IMG/VR virus record: IMGVR_UViG_3300032320_000125
Coordinates: 1-41,016 of that record
Strand: one strand, 5' to 3'
Source of the DNA: a virus
Taxonomy: Duplodnaviria > Caudoviricetes
Length of the DNA: 41,016 nt
Each line of letters starts with the position of its first letter. Positions within the stretch are counted from its first letter, which is position 1. Under the pieces are notes generated by a model that ran no database searches, was not told the origin of the DNA, and was given only the letters and a program-made list of their open reading frames with translations. Both the position numbers and the translations under genes were made by a program. Of the stretch, positions 25,662-37,000 are shown piece by piece.

Positions 25662-26831
25662 TTAACCAGCGATTGAAGAACCAGTCTCAATGCGGTAAAG
25701 GGCTGCCTGACGGTAAAGGCTAAAGCCAAGTACGCCGTACCAACCGATTGGTCGGAAGCGGAGCAACTTGTCAGTAACTGGTCCGATGACAACATTTGGC
25801 TCCTGTGCAACTGCTTCTGCCAATGCTTGCTTTCCAGCAATGATTGTGCGGTAGACAGGTGTTTCTGGAGTTACTGTTACAACTGTTGTTGCTGTTACTG
25901 CAGCAGTGTTTGCAATGCTTACAGTGATTGTTGTTGTTGAACCTGATGTTGCAAGTGATGTGATTAACGCACCTGATGCAATACCTGTTCCTGAAATCTT
26001 ATCTCCTGCTTCTGCAGAAGTAGCGATTACAGATGATGAAGCAACACCGAAAGTGAAGCCTCCTGATGTTCCAGCAACAGTTACTGCTGTTGTAGCAAGT
26101 GCTGTCTGGTCTGCACCATCTACGCCACGGTACATACGAGGTGTCTCAACAAAGAAAGCGCCTTCGTAAGTTCCGATTGAGCCAGCCCAGAAGTTGCCTG
26201 TGCCTGTCTCTGCGTACTTGTGCATGTCGTTCCATCCACCAACACCTGTTTCAGCACGAAGGTCGTGTGAAACTTCTGGGTGGATACCTGTCCAGTAAAG
26301 TGAACCTTCACGAGGTACAGCCTTGTTTGAACGAAGTTTAGCCACAGCACGGCGGATGTTAGCAGCAGTGATTGTGTCTGATGATGTGATTGTTGCTGTT
26401 GATGTGCGTGAGCCACCGTAGATAACATTGTCGCCTGAACGAAGTGTGTTCATTGCAAGGCGGTCAAGTGAGTCAGCCATGTTGTAAGCGATGATGTCTG
26501 CTACTGCAGGGTCAACATCTGATAGTGAGAATAGTTGCAACTTGCGTGTTACAAGAGATGCGTTTCCGTATTCTTGTAGTGTTACTGCAACTGTTGTTAC
26601 ATCTGATAGTGCGATTGCATCTGGGTCAGTTGTTTCTGATAGTGATGCTGTTGCTGGTGCCAAGTCGTTGTAAATTGAGAATACAACACTTGAACCTGGC
26701 ATTGCCTGTTGAGCAGGGCGCTTGTCGGCTACTGAACGAATCAGTGGCTGTGAACGAAGCGCAAACTCTACATAGCGGTCATACGCTGTTTTGATTAACC
26801 CTGCGAGTGCAGAGGTATCTGTGTATGCCAT
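25662..26831 (-). CDS. Major capsid protein (N4 gp56-like)
   Basis: LSE..DP, TLQEYGN, IHPEV..DLR, IG.YEG..FVET, IGWYG; strong RBS; follows the scaffold. Confidence 0.9.
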   Translation of the reverse strand: MAYTDTSALAGLIKTAYDRYVEFALRSQPLIRSVADKRPAQQAMPGSSVVFSIYNDLAPATASLSETTDPDAIALSDVTTVAVTLQEYGNASLVTRKLQLFSLSDVDPAVADIIAYNMADSLDRLAMNTLRSGDNVIYGGSRTSTATITSSDTITAANIRRAVAKLRSNKAVPREGSLYWTGIHPEVSHDLRAETGVGGWNDMHKYAETGTGNFWAGSIGTYEGAFFVETPRMYRGVDGADQTALATTAVTVAGTSGGFTFGVASSSVIATSAEAGDKISGTGIASGALITSLATSGSTTTITVSIANTAAVTATTVVTVTPETPVYRTIIAGKQALAEAVAQEPNVVIGPVTDKLLRFRPIGWYGVLGFSLYRQAALYRIETGSSIAG

Positions 26832-26864
26832 GTTGGTTCACCTCCTGGTGATTGGTAGTTTGAG

Positions 26865-27332
26865 TTATTGAACTGAAACACCGAGTAATGCACTGAGTTC
26901 TGCAGCACTTGTAGCGTTAAGAATCTTTGCCATTGAATCTTCATCTACTCCTGGAGGAGTACCTGTTGATACAACATCGTTGATTCTCTTTTGTGCTTGT
27001 AGTGCTGGGTTGTTCGATGCCTGGCTCTCGCCTTGGTTGGCATCTTGGTTAACACCAAATACATCGCCATATTCATTAAGCCAGTTATTAACTGCTTCTT
27101 CCGAAGCCTCTAAGTCCTGAGGTATAAACGCTGCGACCTTTGGGTTAATACCCTTTGCAGTCAACACATCCTTTACGGTGCGTTGACGAGTCTGATTCTT
27201 TAGAGTTGTTGCTTCTACTTCGAGTTCTTTCAAACGCTTTTCTAGCGTTTTGTTTACTCTGCGTAATTGCTTGACAACATCTTGAGGTTCAAAGTCCTCA
27301 TCGAAATCGTCATCGTCATAATTGGTAGCCAT
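26865..27332 (-). CDS. Capsid scaffolding protein
   Basis: Acidic N-terminus plus coiled coil, directly upstream of the capsid gene. Confidence 0.7.
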   Translation of the reverse strand: MATNYDDDDFDEDFEPQDVVKQLRRVNKTLEKRLKELEVEATTLKNQTRQRTVKDVLTAKGINPKVAAFIPQDLEASEEAVNNWLNEYGDVFGVNQDANQGESQASNNPALQAQKRINDVVSTGTPPGVDEDSMAKILNATSAAELSALLGVSVQ

Positions 27333-27363
27333 CTACCTATCTCCCTTGTTAGTTGTTGTATTC

Positions 27364-27453
27364 GCAATCCACACCATAGTTCGGGGAAACTATGCTGGCT
27401 ATCGCTCCTAGTCTTTTACGCCCCCCTGGGCTAGTCGGTCAGGGTGGGGATTC
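27364..27453 (-). promoter_or_regulatory. Structured leader of the scaffold-capsid operon
   Basis: Two GC-rich hairpins with a possible loop pseudoknot. Confidence 0.5.
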
Positions 27454-28842
27454 TTATATGTTCGAACTGGTACGAAGTGAGCCTGCGCTCAATCCGCTTG
27501 AGCCACCAAAGCGTGCTTGTTCTCGCTGTGCTCGTTTTTCTGATGCAAGTATTGCTTGCTGGTCGCCTTCAATTGTAGCAGCCAATGCTTCTCTATCTGA
27601 GTATGCACCTTTTTCAAGGTAAGAAAGTCGTGACTGTGTTGCTGCAAGTTGTGATGCACGACCAAAGGCTTTAGTCATATCTGACTGGCTAAGTTTTGCA
27701 TAGGTATCTTTGACACCTAGTGCTTCTGCCTCTGCCATGCCAAACTCATTAAAGCCGTATGTCTTGCCGATACCTGCAATCTCAGCAGCCTTGGCAGATT
27801 TCTCAAGCAATGGCAACGCAGCATCTGCATTAAGGAAGTAAGCAGTAATGCCACCTTCACCCACCTTGTAAAAGTCCATAAGTGACTGGCGGATATTTGG
27901 GTCAGCAGCACGGGCTATATCTTGAGCCATCTGCGCTCTGTCTTGTACTTGCTTTGGAGATACTTCGTTGCCAATAATCTTTCCAAGGGTTTCACGGCTA
28001 TCGTAAAAACCTTTAGGCAAATCAAAAAAAGATAAAGTTTGAAGGATTTGGTTTTCAAGAGCCATGTATGTTTTTTCATCAATAACACGGTTCTTTTTAC
28101 GAAGTGAATCCATACCAGGAAAGCGCAGTTTGTACGCTGGCTGGTCATAAATCTCAATAAGAGTCTGCGCCTCGGATACATCATTGATAATGTTGTTAGT
28201 AATAAATGTGGCAAAGGCTGGGTCCTCAATACCTTGAGCCTTGAACAAGTTGATTAACTTGTCAGAAGCCTTCATCTTTACCGCAAAGGCATTATCGGCT
28301 GCAACCTTGGCTGCTGTTGCTTCGCCTTCTTTAAAAGCCTTATCAATGTCAGCCTGAGTAAATCCACCAGAGAATCCTGTAGCGCCTCCTGGCATACCGC
28401 CAGTGGCTCCACCGCCACCTACCTGAGTAGGTGCTGGGTTGTTTGCTCCTACGCCACCAGTGGCTGGAGTTTGAGTTGTGTTAGCACCTTCACCTGAAAC
28501 TACTGGGTCTGGCTTCTTATCATCTGGCTTAGGTGTTGTGTCATCTGGCTTAGGTGTCGTATCAGGTGCAGGTTGATTATCAATTGCTGCTTGACGAGCA
28601 TCTTCTGGATTTTTTTCTACCTTAGCAGTAGCGTTAACGCCTTTAGTTGGAGGCGCAAGATTAACCAGCGTGTTGCTAAAAATCATATTACCGCCCTGAT
28701 ACTTAGGGTCGGATTTAAACTTTGGGTTTAGAGCATAAAGTTCTTTAAGGGTAATGCCAGCCTCTTTAGCAATAGCGCTAAGGGTGTCACCCTTCTCAAC
28801 TCTAACGGCTGTATCAGGTCTTGCTGAATCTGGTACTGCCAT
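27454..28842 (-). CDS. LysM-containing internal virion protein
   Basis: VEKGDTLSAIAK..GIT..EL..LNP LysM; Pro/Gly linker; helical C-terminus. Confidence 0.75.
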   Translation of the reverse strand: MAVPDSARPDTAVRVEKGDTLSAIAKEAGITLKELYALNPKFKSDPKYQGGNMIFSNTLVNLAPPTKGVNATAKVEKNPEDARQAAIDNQPAPDTTPKPDDTTPKPDDKKPDPVVSGEGANTTQTPATGGVGANNPAPTQVGGGGATGGMPGGATGFSGGFTQADIDKAFKEGEATAAKVAADNAFAVKMKASDKLINLFKAQGIEDPAFATFITNNIINDVSEAQTLIEIYDQPAYKLRFPGMDSLRKKNRVIDEKTYMALENQILQTLSFFDLPKGFYDSRETLGKIIGNEVSPKQVQDRAQMAQDIARAADPNIRQSLMDFYKVGEGGITAYFLNADAALPLLEKSAKAAEIAGIGKTYGFNEFGMAEAEALGVKDTYAKLSQSDMTKAFGRASQLAATQSRLSYLEKGAYSDREALAATIEGDQQAILASEKRAQREQARFGGSSGLSAGSLRTSSNI

Positions 28843-29843
28843 TATGACACCATCCCAAACTTAGTTAACATTGCTTTGCCGTAATTCATGTAAGTCTCAT
28901 CAGCATTTTTTGTGTACTGCCAACGCTCATCTGCTTTAATCATTTTTGCTGCTTCCCACAATGGTCTAGCAATAATCTTGCTTGAATCTTTAGGGTCAAC
29001 AGATTGAAAAATCTTTCCATCTTTAAACAGTGGGTCATCCCAACGAATAGTGTCAGGGTCAACCTCAAGCAAGTCTGCAGCCTTTTGACGATAGTTAGAT
29101 GTCAAATCCCAAAGGGTTACACCTGCGTTAATTTGGTCTGCAAAAACTGGGTACTTAGTAGCAGTGTTCTTGCGAATCTCTGCCTTGATGTCATCAACAG
29201 ATGAACGAACACGAACACCGTTTTTGTCTGTAAGACCCATAAGGCGCTGTGTGTAGTTTGTTCTATCACCAGCGGTAAGAGTCATACCCATGGTCTGTGC
29301 CCAGTCAGCAACATCCTGAGTCTGTGCTGAGTAAAGTCCACCTTTAATCTTTTTAACAATTTCAGTGTTACTTGTAATAACACCTTCAAGTTGCGATGGG
29401 GTCCAGTTATGAAGGTATGCGTTCTCGCCTAAGGCTGCTAGATAGTTAGACACCATTGGGTCAGTAGCATCTAAACCAAGGTCTGTAGCAGTCTTTGAAA
29501 CTATCTGACGGTATTCGTTAACACCCTCACGATAGTTATTTTCTCCGCCTTTAATTCGGTCAAGAAGTTTCTGAGCCACTGTTGGACCGTTTAAACGGTA
29601 CCACTCAGTGTCGTTAATCATTGTTGCAATAGTTGCAGCATCATATTTAAATGAGCCGTCAGCGTTACGAACCTTTTGGTAAACCGCATTAAGTTCAGGA
29701 ATACTTTGAAGCGCAGTAATAATCCATGTTGCCATAGGAGGTGCTTCTGTCTCTACGAGACCAGCATTATATTTCTTGCCACCGTATTCACCAGTAAATG
29801 GTTTCTTGTCCTTGTAAAGGATACCGCCAATTGATTCAAACAT
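28842..29843 (-). CDS. Putative internal virion/ejection protein
   Basis: Helical; coupled within the internal protein cluster. Confidence 0.55.
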   Translation of the reverse strand: MFESIGGILYKDKKPFTGEYGGKKYNAGLVETEAPPMATWIITALQSIPELNAVYQKVRNADGSFKYDAATIATMINDTEWYRLNGPTVAQKLLDRIKGGENNYREGVNEYRQIVSKTATDLGLDATDPMVSNYLAALGENAYLHNWTPSQLEGVITSNTEIVKKIKGGLYSAQTQDVADWAQTMGMTLTAGDRTNYTQRLMGLTDKNGVRVRSSVDDIKAEIRKNTATKYPVFADQINAGVTLWDLTSNYRQKAADLLEVDPDTIRWDDPLFKDGKIFQSVDPKDSSKIIARPLWEAAKMIKADERWQYTKNADETYMNYGKAMLTKFGMVS

Positions 29844-31000
29844 TACGATTTAAGTCCTAACGCTTTAATTACAGCATTACCAAACACATCTGCTGTTTGG
29901 AACTCTGAATATCGTGGGTCTTGCTTTGCGTAAGCCTCAACATCAGCAAGTACATCTGATGGTCCATAACCTGGTGTTGTCTTAACTCTTGTAGTATTTC
30001 CAGTAGTTGTGCGTACTGACTTAGTTGGGTTCTTTGCTTCCTTCTTGCGAACAATAGAAAGAATCTCTTTATACATTTTGTCGTCAACATTAGCCAAGCC
30101 AAGTGATGCAGCAAGTTGGCGTTTTGCAGTATTTTTAATATCAGCCTCTGCCATTGGACTTACATCAATAGTAGTAGTTGTCTGGCTACCGCTACCTGTT
30201 AATCCTTTTTGAATATCAAGTAGTTGCCATGGGCTAACTTTGTTACCAGCACGAGAATAGTCTAGTGACAATTGACCGTATTGGTTCCATGCTGTTTTAA
30301 CTTGAGTTAAATCTGCAGTTGGAGAAAGAACGCCAGCATCAACAAACTTTTGTTTAGCAGCAGCAATACCTGCTAGGTCTACTGGAAAACTTTTATTCCA
30401 CTCACTAAGACCAACAATTTCTGATTTAGTGCCTGAGATGGTTCCGCCAAACTTACGGCGAGGAACTGAAAAAGGTATTTCTTTTCCAGTAGAAACACCA
30501 ATGCCATCTAAACCAGTTAGTGGATTTGTGTAGCCTCGTGCTGCCATAAAGTTTTGGATGTTGTTAGCACCTAAGCCAAGTTGCTTGGCTGTGTCTCCTG
30601 CCAAGAACTGTGTAACATCTACGCCAGAAGCATCAGCATTAGCAATGGCTTGAGCAAATGAATCTTTAGCCTGTAGTTCAGCAGCAGAAGCGTTAACATC
30701 TATCTCTGTGCCTTGGCGGTTCATCAAAGATGATGCTGCTTGACCTGTAACAAGAACACCAGCGCCAATAGCAGCCTTTTTCTTAAGGCTCATTTTGCTT
30801 TTCTTTGCTGCTTCTTCTGCTGCTTTTGTGCCACCTTTAGCAAAGAAAGACTTACCAAAGTTTATGAGTGCTTTAGCAATTTGACCGCCAGCCAATCCAC
30901 CTTCAAGAACTTGGAACTCTTTAACCGCAACCTTAAGTTCAGCATCAGACTTTTCAGGGTAATACTTCTTTAAGAAGTCATATTTTTCTTTATCTGTCAT
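29843..31000 (-). CDS. Putative internal virion/ejection protein
   Basis: Gly/Ala hydrophobic patches; follows the giant protein. Confidence 0.55.
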   Translation of the reverse strand: MTDKEKYDFLKKYYPEKSDAELKVAVKEFQVLEGGLAGGQIAKALINFGKSFFAKGGTKAAEEAAKKSKMSLKKKAAIGAGVLVTGQAASSLMNRQGTEIDVNASAAELQAKDSFAQAIANADASGVDVTQFLAGDTAKQLGLGANNIQNFMAARGYTNPLTGLDGIGVSTGKEIPFSVPRRKFGGTISGTKSEIVGLSEWNKSFPVDLAGIAAAKQKFVDAGVLSPTADLTQVKTAWNQYGQLSLDYSRAGNKVSPWQLLDIQKGLTGSGSQTTTTIDVSPMAEADIKNTAKRQLAASLGLANVDDKMYKEILSIVRKKEAKNPTKSVRTTTGNTTRVKTTPGYGPSDVLADVEAYAKQDPRYSEFQTADVFGNAVIKALGLKS

Positions 31001-31004
31001 AGTC

Positions 31005-34000
31005 CTATCCCAATGTTACTGGGTCGTTTTGAAGAAAGCGGTTATAGAAACTGCTGAACTCTAACGACTCCTGCTTAAGTGTTGCAATTGTTTGATTCCA
31101 CAAACCTTCAAGGTCTGAGTTATCCTCTGCTGTTAATGTACCACTTGCACCGCTTGCCTTACGGCTTGCGAGTTCTCTAGCAATTTGGCTACGGGTTACA
31201 TAGTAAGTAGCAAGTGCTCCAACTACTGGTTTGTTACCGTTATCTTGCATCCATTGTGGGTCACGAAGGATTGTCTCAATAGACTGCATACGGTAAATCC
31301 ATTTACCTTTGTCAACGCTGTAGAAGTCAGCAGCCCAGTCTTTATTGGTTGCTGCTAATTGTTGTGTAAATGCTTGCTTAGCAAGATTAAGTTCCTCGGC
31401 ACCACGCTCTGAATATGCTGTGTAACCTTGAGCAAATAGTTGCTGGTCAAGGTAATCCATAGCCTTGCGGTAATCAATCCAACCCATCTTCTTTTGAGCA
31501 TCTTGCTTGAGAAGTGCTGGGTTACGCTGACCACGGAAATTATCTGTTGAGCCAGGAACTGGAGAGTTACGCATCTGCCATTGGTATGCTGCTTGGCTAA
31601 AGTCATACTTACCATCTGGGTCATTGACTAGGAAGCCAATCATCTCAGGTGTAGTAGTGCCAATCTTTGAGATTAAACCGTTGTACTTTTTAAGGTTAGC
31701 AACGGCAGCCTGTGTAGCATCTACGCCAGTGTTATTAAGTGATGCTGAAATTGTAGCCTCGCCCATTTCTGGGTACATCTGCAAGAACAGAGCATCTGCT
31801 TGAGCACCGTAAGCCTGTTGAATCTTGCGGTACTGCTGTGTATACCAACCCAATGGTGAGTCGTACTGTGCAGCAAAAGGCAAGACAAGATTAGAAAGCA
31901 TTTTGACTCTGTACATGTTATTTGTAAGGTCATTGATTTCTTTAAATGTAGGTTCAGTCTCACGCTCGCCTAAGCGATATTTAATTAGTTCATAACGGTA
32001 AACAGTATTAAATGTTCTTGACCATGAACCATCACGAGTGCCTGACCAAAGTTGTGCAGCCTTTTGGAGTGCAGGTGGCAACAATGTTTTAATTGGTGAA
32101 TCATCTGCGCCAAATGGAATTACTGGGCGTAGCACTGATTCAAAGTCAGGTCGCATTAACTCAAGGTACTGAGCAGGGATGGCAACTACTGGACCAAAGC
32201 CAGCATGTAATTCACCCTGGAACATAACATCAAGTGAGCGAATAGGAATACTTACTTGACTTCCAGCGCTACGAATAGCCTCAGCCAAACCTTTACCGCC
32301 AGGAACTGCCTCCATGGTTTTCATAAAGGTTTCTGGCATAGGCAGAACTAACTTGCTATCGTAACTAAACTTAGTTGATGGGTTACCATCTGCATCAACA
32401 TAGTTATTTTGGTTACTTAAGGAAGAAGTAATCTGACCAGCACGAGCAACTACTACTGGATTTTCTTTTGAAAGAGTAGTCCAACGGCGTACAGAGTTTT
32501 CCCAAGCGTTAAAGAACGGCATCATGTAGCGCATCTTTTCGCCAGCGTATGACTTACGCATGATTGTAAAAAGAGTCTTATTGACTTCTTTACGAGTAGA
32601 TTCAACTGCATCCTTACGGAAAGCGTTAATCTCATCAAGAGTAAGTTCAGCCTTAGGGTCGTTAAGTTGTGAACGCTTAAGTGAAAGAGCAATGTCTCCA
32701 CGCTGCTTCATTTCTGCACGATACACAGCACGAGCCAATGGGTGACGGGCAAGTGTTGTTTCAGGCAATGAGCCTAGGAAATAAAAAGCCTTTTGTACAA
32801 AAGCCTGCGCTGCTCCGCCCACACCTTCAATTTTATTTGAAGTAGGAACTACGCTACCAATGATGTCTGGCATTGATGGCTGGTCTGCAAAGTGTGTACG
32901 AAGGAACATCTCATCTAGTTGGTTATTTCTAAATGCTTCTTGAATCTCAGCATCTGGAAGATAACGAGCATAGGCAGAGTGTAGGTTTCCTACAAAGTCC
33001 TCTGCATCAGTGCCTACATTGAGGCGCTCGCTTGGAACTTTAAAAGCCCTATCATCAATGTTCATCTTGGCTGCATACGCTTTACCTTCTTCGGTTTTGC
33101 GTAGCCATCTAACAACTTGTTCTGGAGTTTGGTTATCCAAAAACTTTTCAATAATTGGGTCAATCTTGTTTTCGTTTGGTGAGCGCCACATGTTGTTTAA
33201 GTAGTTAGCGTAACCATTGAAGTAGCGTGGGTCATTAGATGACAAACGCAATTCTTCCATGCCACCGTAACGAGCAGCAAACAATTGAGATGGAGCATCA
33301 GCCATTAACTTATAGGTGTCAGCGTTATCTGTACGCTGCATGAGAATATCTCCCAATTCACCTTGCGCTGCATCAGGATGCTCAATAACTGTTCCATCAT
33401 AAAGTCTTGTTGTACGCATGCCAGTACCTACTCGTGCTTTTGGTGCGTTTAAACGAGTTTCTTGTACAACACGAGCATCAAGTCTTTGTAAAAGATTTTC
33501 ATGTTTAGCCTTGGCTAGTGAGCCTCTGTCTGCTAATTCACGAACAAGATTGATTACGCCATCGGCGGGATATTTGCCGTTGGCAATGAGGTCTGCGAGT
33601 TCGCTTGTGCTCTGGCTATAACTTGGTCGGCTAAATCCTCTGCGAACGCCCTGCGCTCCGCTGGTGACATCTCCTGCACTGGCTTTTCTGACTTGACCCA
33701 ATGCAAACCCTGCGCTGGCTCCTTCATCACCTGTACCCCCTGTGTTAATAAAAGCATTATCAAAATCTTGCTTGGCTATTCTATCAAGGTCAGCCACTGC
33801 CTGTTGGTTACGAGTCTTGCCAATCTTAACGGCTTTAGCACGGTCTTTAATAACATTAACAGGCTCAGCCCATACTGTAAGAACGCCATTGTCGTTAGGA
33901 GCAACCCATGTTCCAAAGTGGTCTGCACCTTCGAACTTATCAAGGTTGTCCTCAATGTGCTGAATCAATGACTCACGAGCAGCAGGAGAATCAGCAATTA

Positions 34001-37000
34001 CATCATCTAGTTGCATCTGCCAAGTAGCGCCACGAACGGCTACTGAATAACCAGCCTGAGGTACGGCTCCAGTTTGGAGTGCAAATGTTCCACCCTTGTT
34101 GGCTACAGTTGATTGAAGCATATTCATAATACGAGACTCGTTTTTACGAAGTGCCTCAGTGTTACGGATAGTTTCAATACGCTTGCGAGCAAGGTCTGCT
34201 GCTGGGTCCTGTGTAGCAGTTTCAACCATCTTAGGGTCAACAAGAACTGTTGAGCGACCATTAGCCTTAGTGTCAGGAAGTGTTAACTTACCAACGCCAT
34301 TAGCACGCATCCACTCAAGAAGTTCTTTTTCTTTGCCCTTCCAAGAGTCTGGCTTGCGAGCATCAATACCCAATTTCTTAAGTTCTGGGTAATCATCTAA
34401 GCCTAGGCGTACCCGTGAACCAGCAAATGTGCGTAGGTCAACAGGTAAGCCATATACTTTAGATGTAACAACTTGTCCTTGGTTGCCTGGTTTAACAATG
34501 CGAAACTTTCCTTCAAGCAACATCTTTTGAGAAACTGTATCTGGGTCAACAGAACGCCATGTTCCGCCAGGTATGCTAAGTAATTCAACTCTATTACCTT
34601 TAGCAATACTGTTACGGAAACCATCTCGCATATCAGCAGCAATAGTCTGCATAGCCAATGATGGCTTACGGACTCCGCCTTCTCTAATAAGTTGACCTTC
34701 TGCATTACGAAGGTTCTTAGGCATTGTGTACGCACGACCAGTTTGGCGTTTGTAAATGTCAGATGCAGAGATAGTCTTTATGCCTGCTTCGGCATAGCGG
34801 TTTGCTATGTCATCAGAGTATGTCATCGCCAATGGGCGGTTAGGATTTAATCCAGTAAGAGCAGTAGGTGAACCATGATGCAGAATCTCACCTGTGCGGT
34901 AAGAAGAAATGCTAAGGAACTCAAGAGCCTGTTCTTCTGTTAACTTGCCTCGTTTAAACGCAAGTTCAACTGCTTCCATCTGGTCATCAATTTCCTTATT
35001 AAGGCTATTGATTTGAGCACGCTCAGCCTGAGTTCTTGTAAGTTCTGTGCGAAGCGCAACTGAATCTTCACGAATACCTTTTTTAACAAGGTTCTTATCT
35101 GTAAGTCGTTCTAAACCAATGATGCGGTTTTCGTACCACTTTGCAGCGCCTTCTTTACTAATGTCAGCAGCAGCAACAAGTCCATATCCCTTTGCAAGAA
35201 TAGACATAGTTGCTTCGGCGGTGTTACGCACTGTGTAACCAAGGCGTAGAAGTACAGAAGCCTTCCATACATCGTTAAGTAGACCCATAACATAACGGTC
35301 ACGGTCTGGGTCAACGATGCCATGGCTACCTTCGATAGCCTGAATCAGTCCCTTGTTTTCTTTCATAACACGAGCGTAGTTTTCAAGGTCAACCATCGGC
35401 AGTGCGTTAGCACCTTGGCGCTCTAAGTAAGGAACTTTAAGAATAACATTGTCGTCAGTCATCAAGAACTTACGGTCACGGATTGCATCCATGCCCACCT
35501 TACGGCGACCTTTGTATGCGTTCCAAATAATGGCAGCAGTCTCATCAGATATACCTAGGCTCTGATTCAATTGCGCTACAGCAAAATCTTCAAAAGAAGT
35601 CGCTACACGAGCACGAGCCTCAGGAACATCTCCTGCTTTAATAAATAAATCAAAGTGGTCAGTGATGGTTGTATCTGCAGTTGGACCAACTAGGTTACGC
35701 AGCATGCCACCAAAGGCTTTCATTTCATTAAACGAATCTGAATCGTTAGCATTGAAATAACCAGCAGGGCGCTCGCCTGCCCAGCGTTCAGCAAAGTTAA
35801 TTACTGCAACTACTGGATGATACTTAGTTGGCTGGAAAATACCAAAAGTTGGATATGCAGTTGGTGAAGGTTGTTCTCCCAAAGCACGGGCTGTCTTACG
35901 CTCAGCCTGGCGAATTGCACTCTTTCCAGCAATGGATGGTGCAAAAGTGCGCTTAGTTAAATCAGCACCCTTTTCAGTTAACTTGGTTAGGTACTGAATA
36001 TATGGGTCCTCGTCAGCAAGTTTAACTAAAGCCTGTGCTGCTTCAAGTAAGTTCTCATCTTGAACAATACCGTTAGTAGGTATGTTGTTGACAATCTTCT
36101 TATCTAATTCAGATACTGTTTTAAGTCTGTCATATACAAATGCCAAGTCTTTACGCTTTGCAACAAGACGAGCCATTGCTTCTGTGTCTTTAGCGGAGAC
36201 AGCAAGTAGTGTATCTGCAACATCATCTACAGTGTTTGCTTCACTAAGCAGATATGTCATTGTATCTGCATCATTAGATGCCTCAATCACTGGGTGATTG
36301 CGGATTGTTAAACCTTTGTTATCAGCAAGGAATTGAAGTGTGTTGTTTAAACCACCCTCTGCTGTACGACCTTCGTTAATTTTTGTAGCCAAAGTCTGAG
36401 GAGAAATAATTGTTACTCCACGAATACTCTTTGGCATAAAGAAATCTTTAGCAAGAGATGTAGCGTTAGCATCTACAGCACCCATTGGGCGTGTAACTAA
36501 GGCTTTACGAGCAAGTCCAATACCTTTACCCAACTTACCAAGTGGGTCAGTTACCGTAGTAAAAACTGTGTCATAGGCACCTGATATGGTGCGATACTGC
36601 CAGTTAGTATCAAAGATTTCACGGTCATTTGGGTCAAAGATATTAAAATCGCCACGAAGTTCAGACTTCATTGGGTCAAAGCGTGATTGCAAATAAGCAA
36701 GTGCTTGACCTGCTGAAATCTCTTTGCGTTGGTTGTACGCTTCTTGGAAGTTACCTGTAGCAAGACCAGTTAAACCTGCAGATAATGGCTCACGAAGTGC
36801 TGTACCACCAGCCTTGTAAGATGCTTCAAATACTGGAAGAACTACCTTATTAAGTGCGCCACCTACAGCCTTACGGGGTAGATATGTAGCACCTGCAGCG
36901 GTTACTTTAAATGTATCGCCAAGTAATTGAAAGGCATCGCCTACCCAAGACTTATCGTTAGTGGTAACAGAGGCAAGGTCCTGCATTGCAGTAGCCAAAC

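Noticed and set aside
28508-28570. Short PDDTTPK tandem repeat
   Set aside because: Ordinary linker expansion after the LysM domain.
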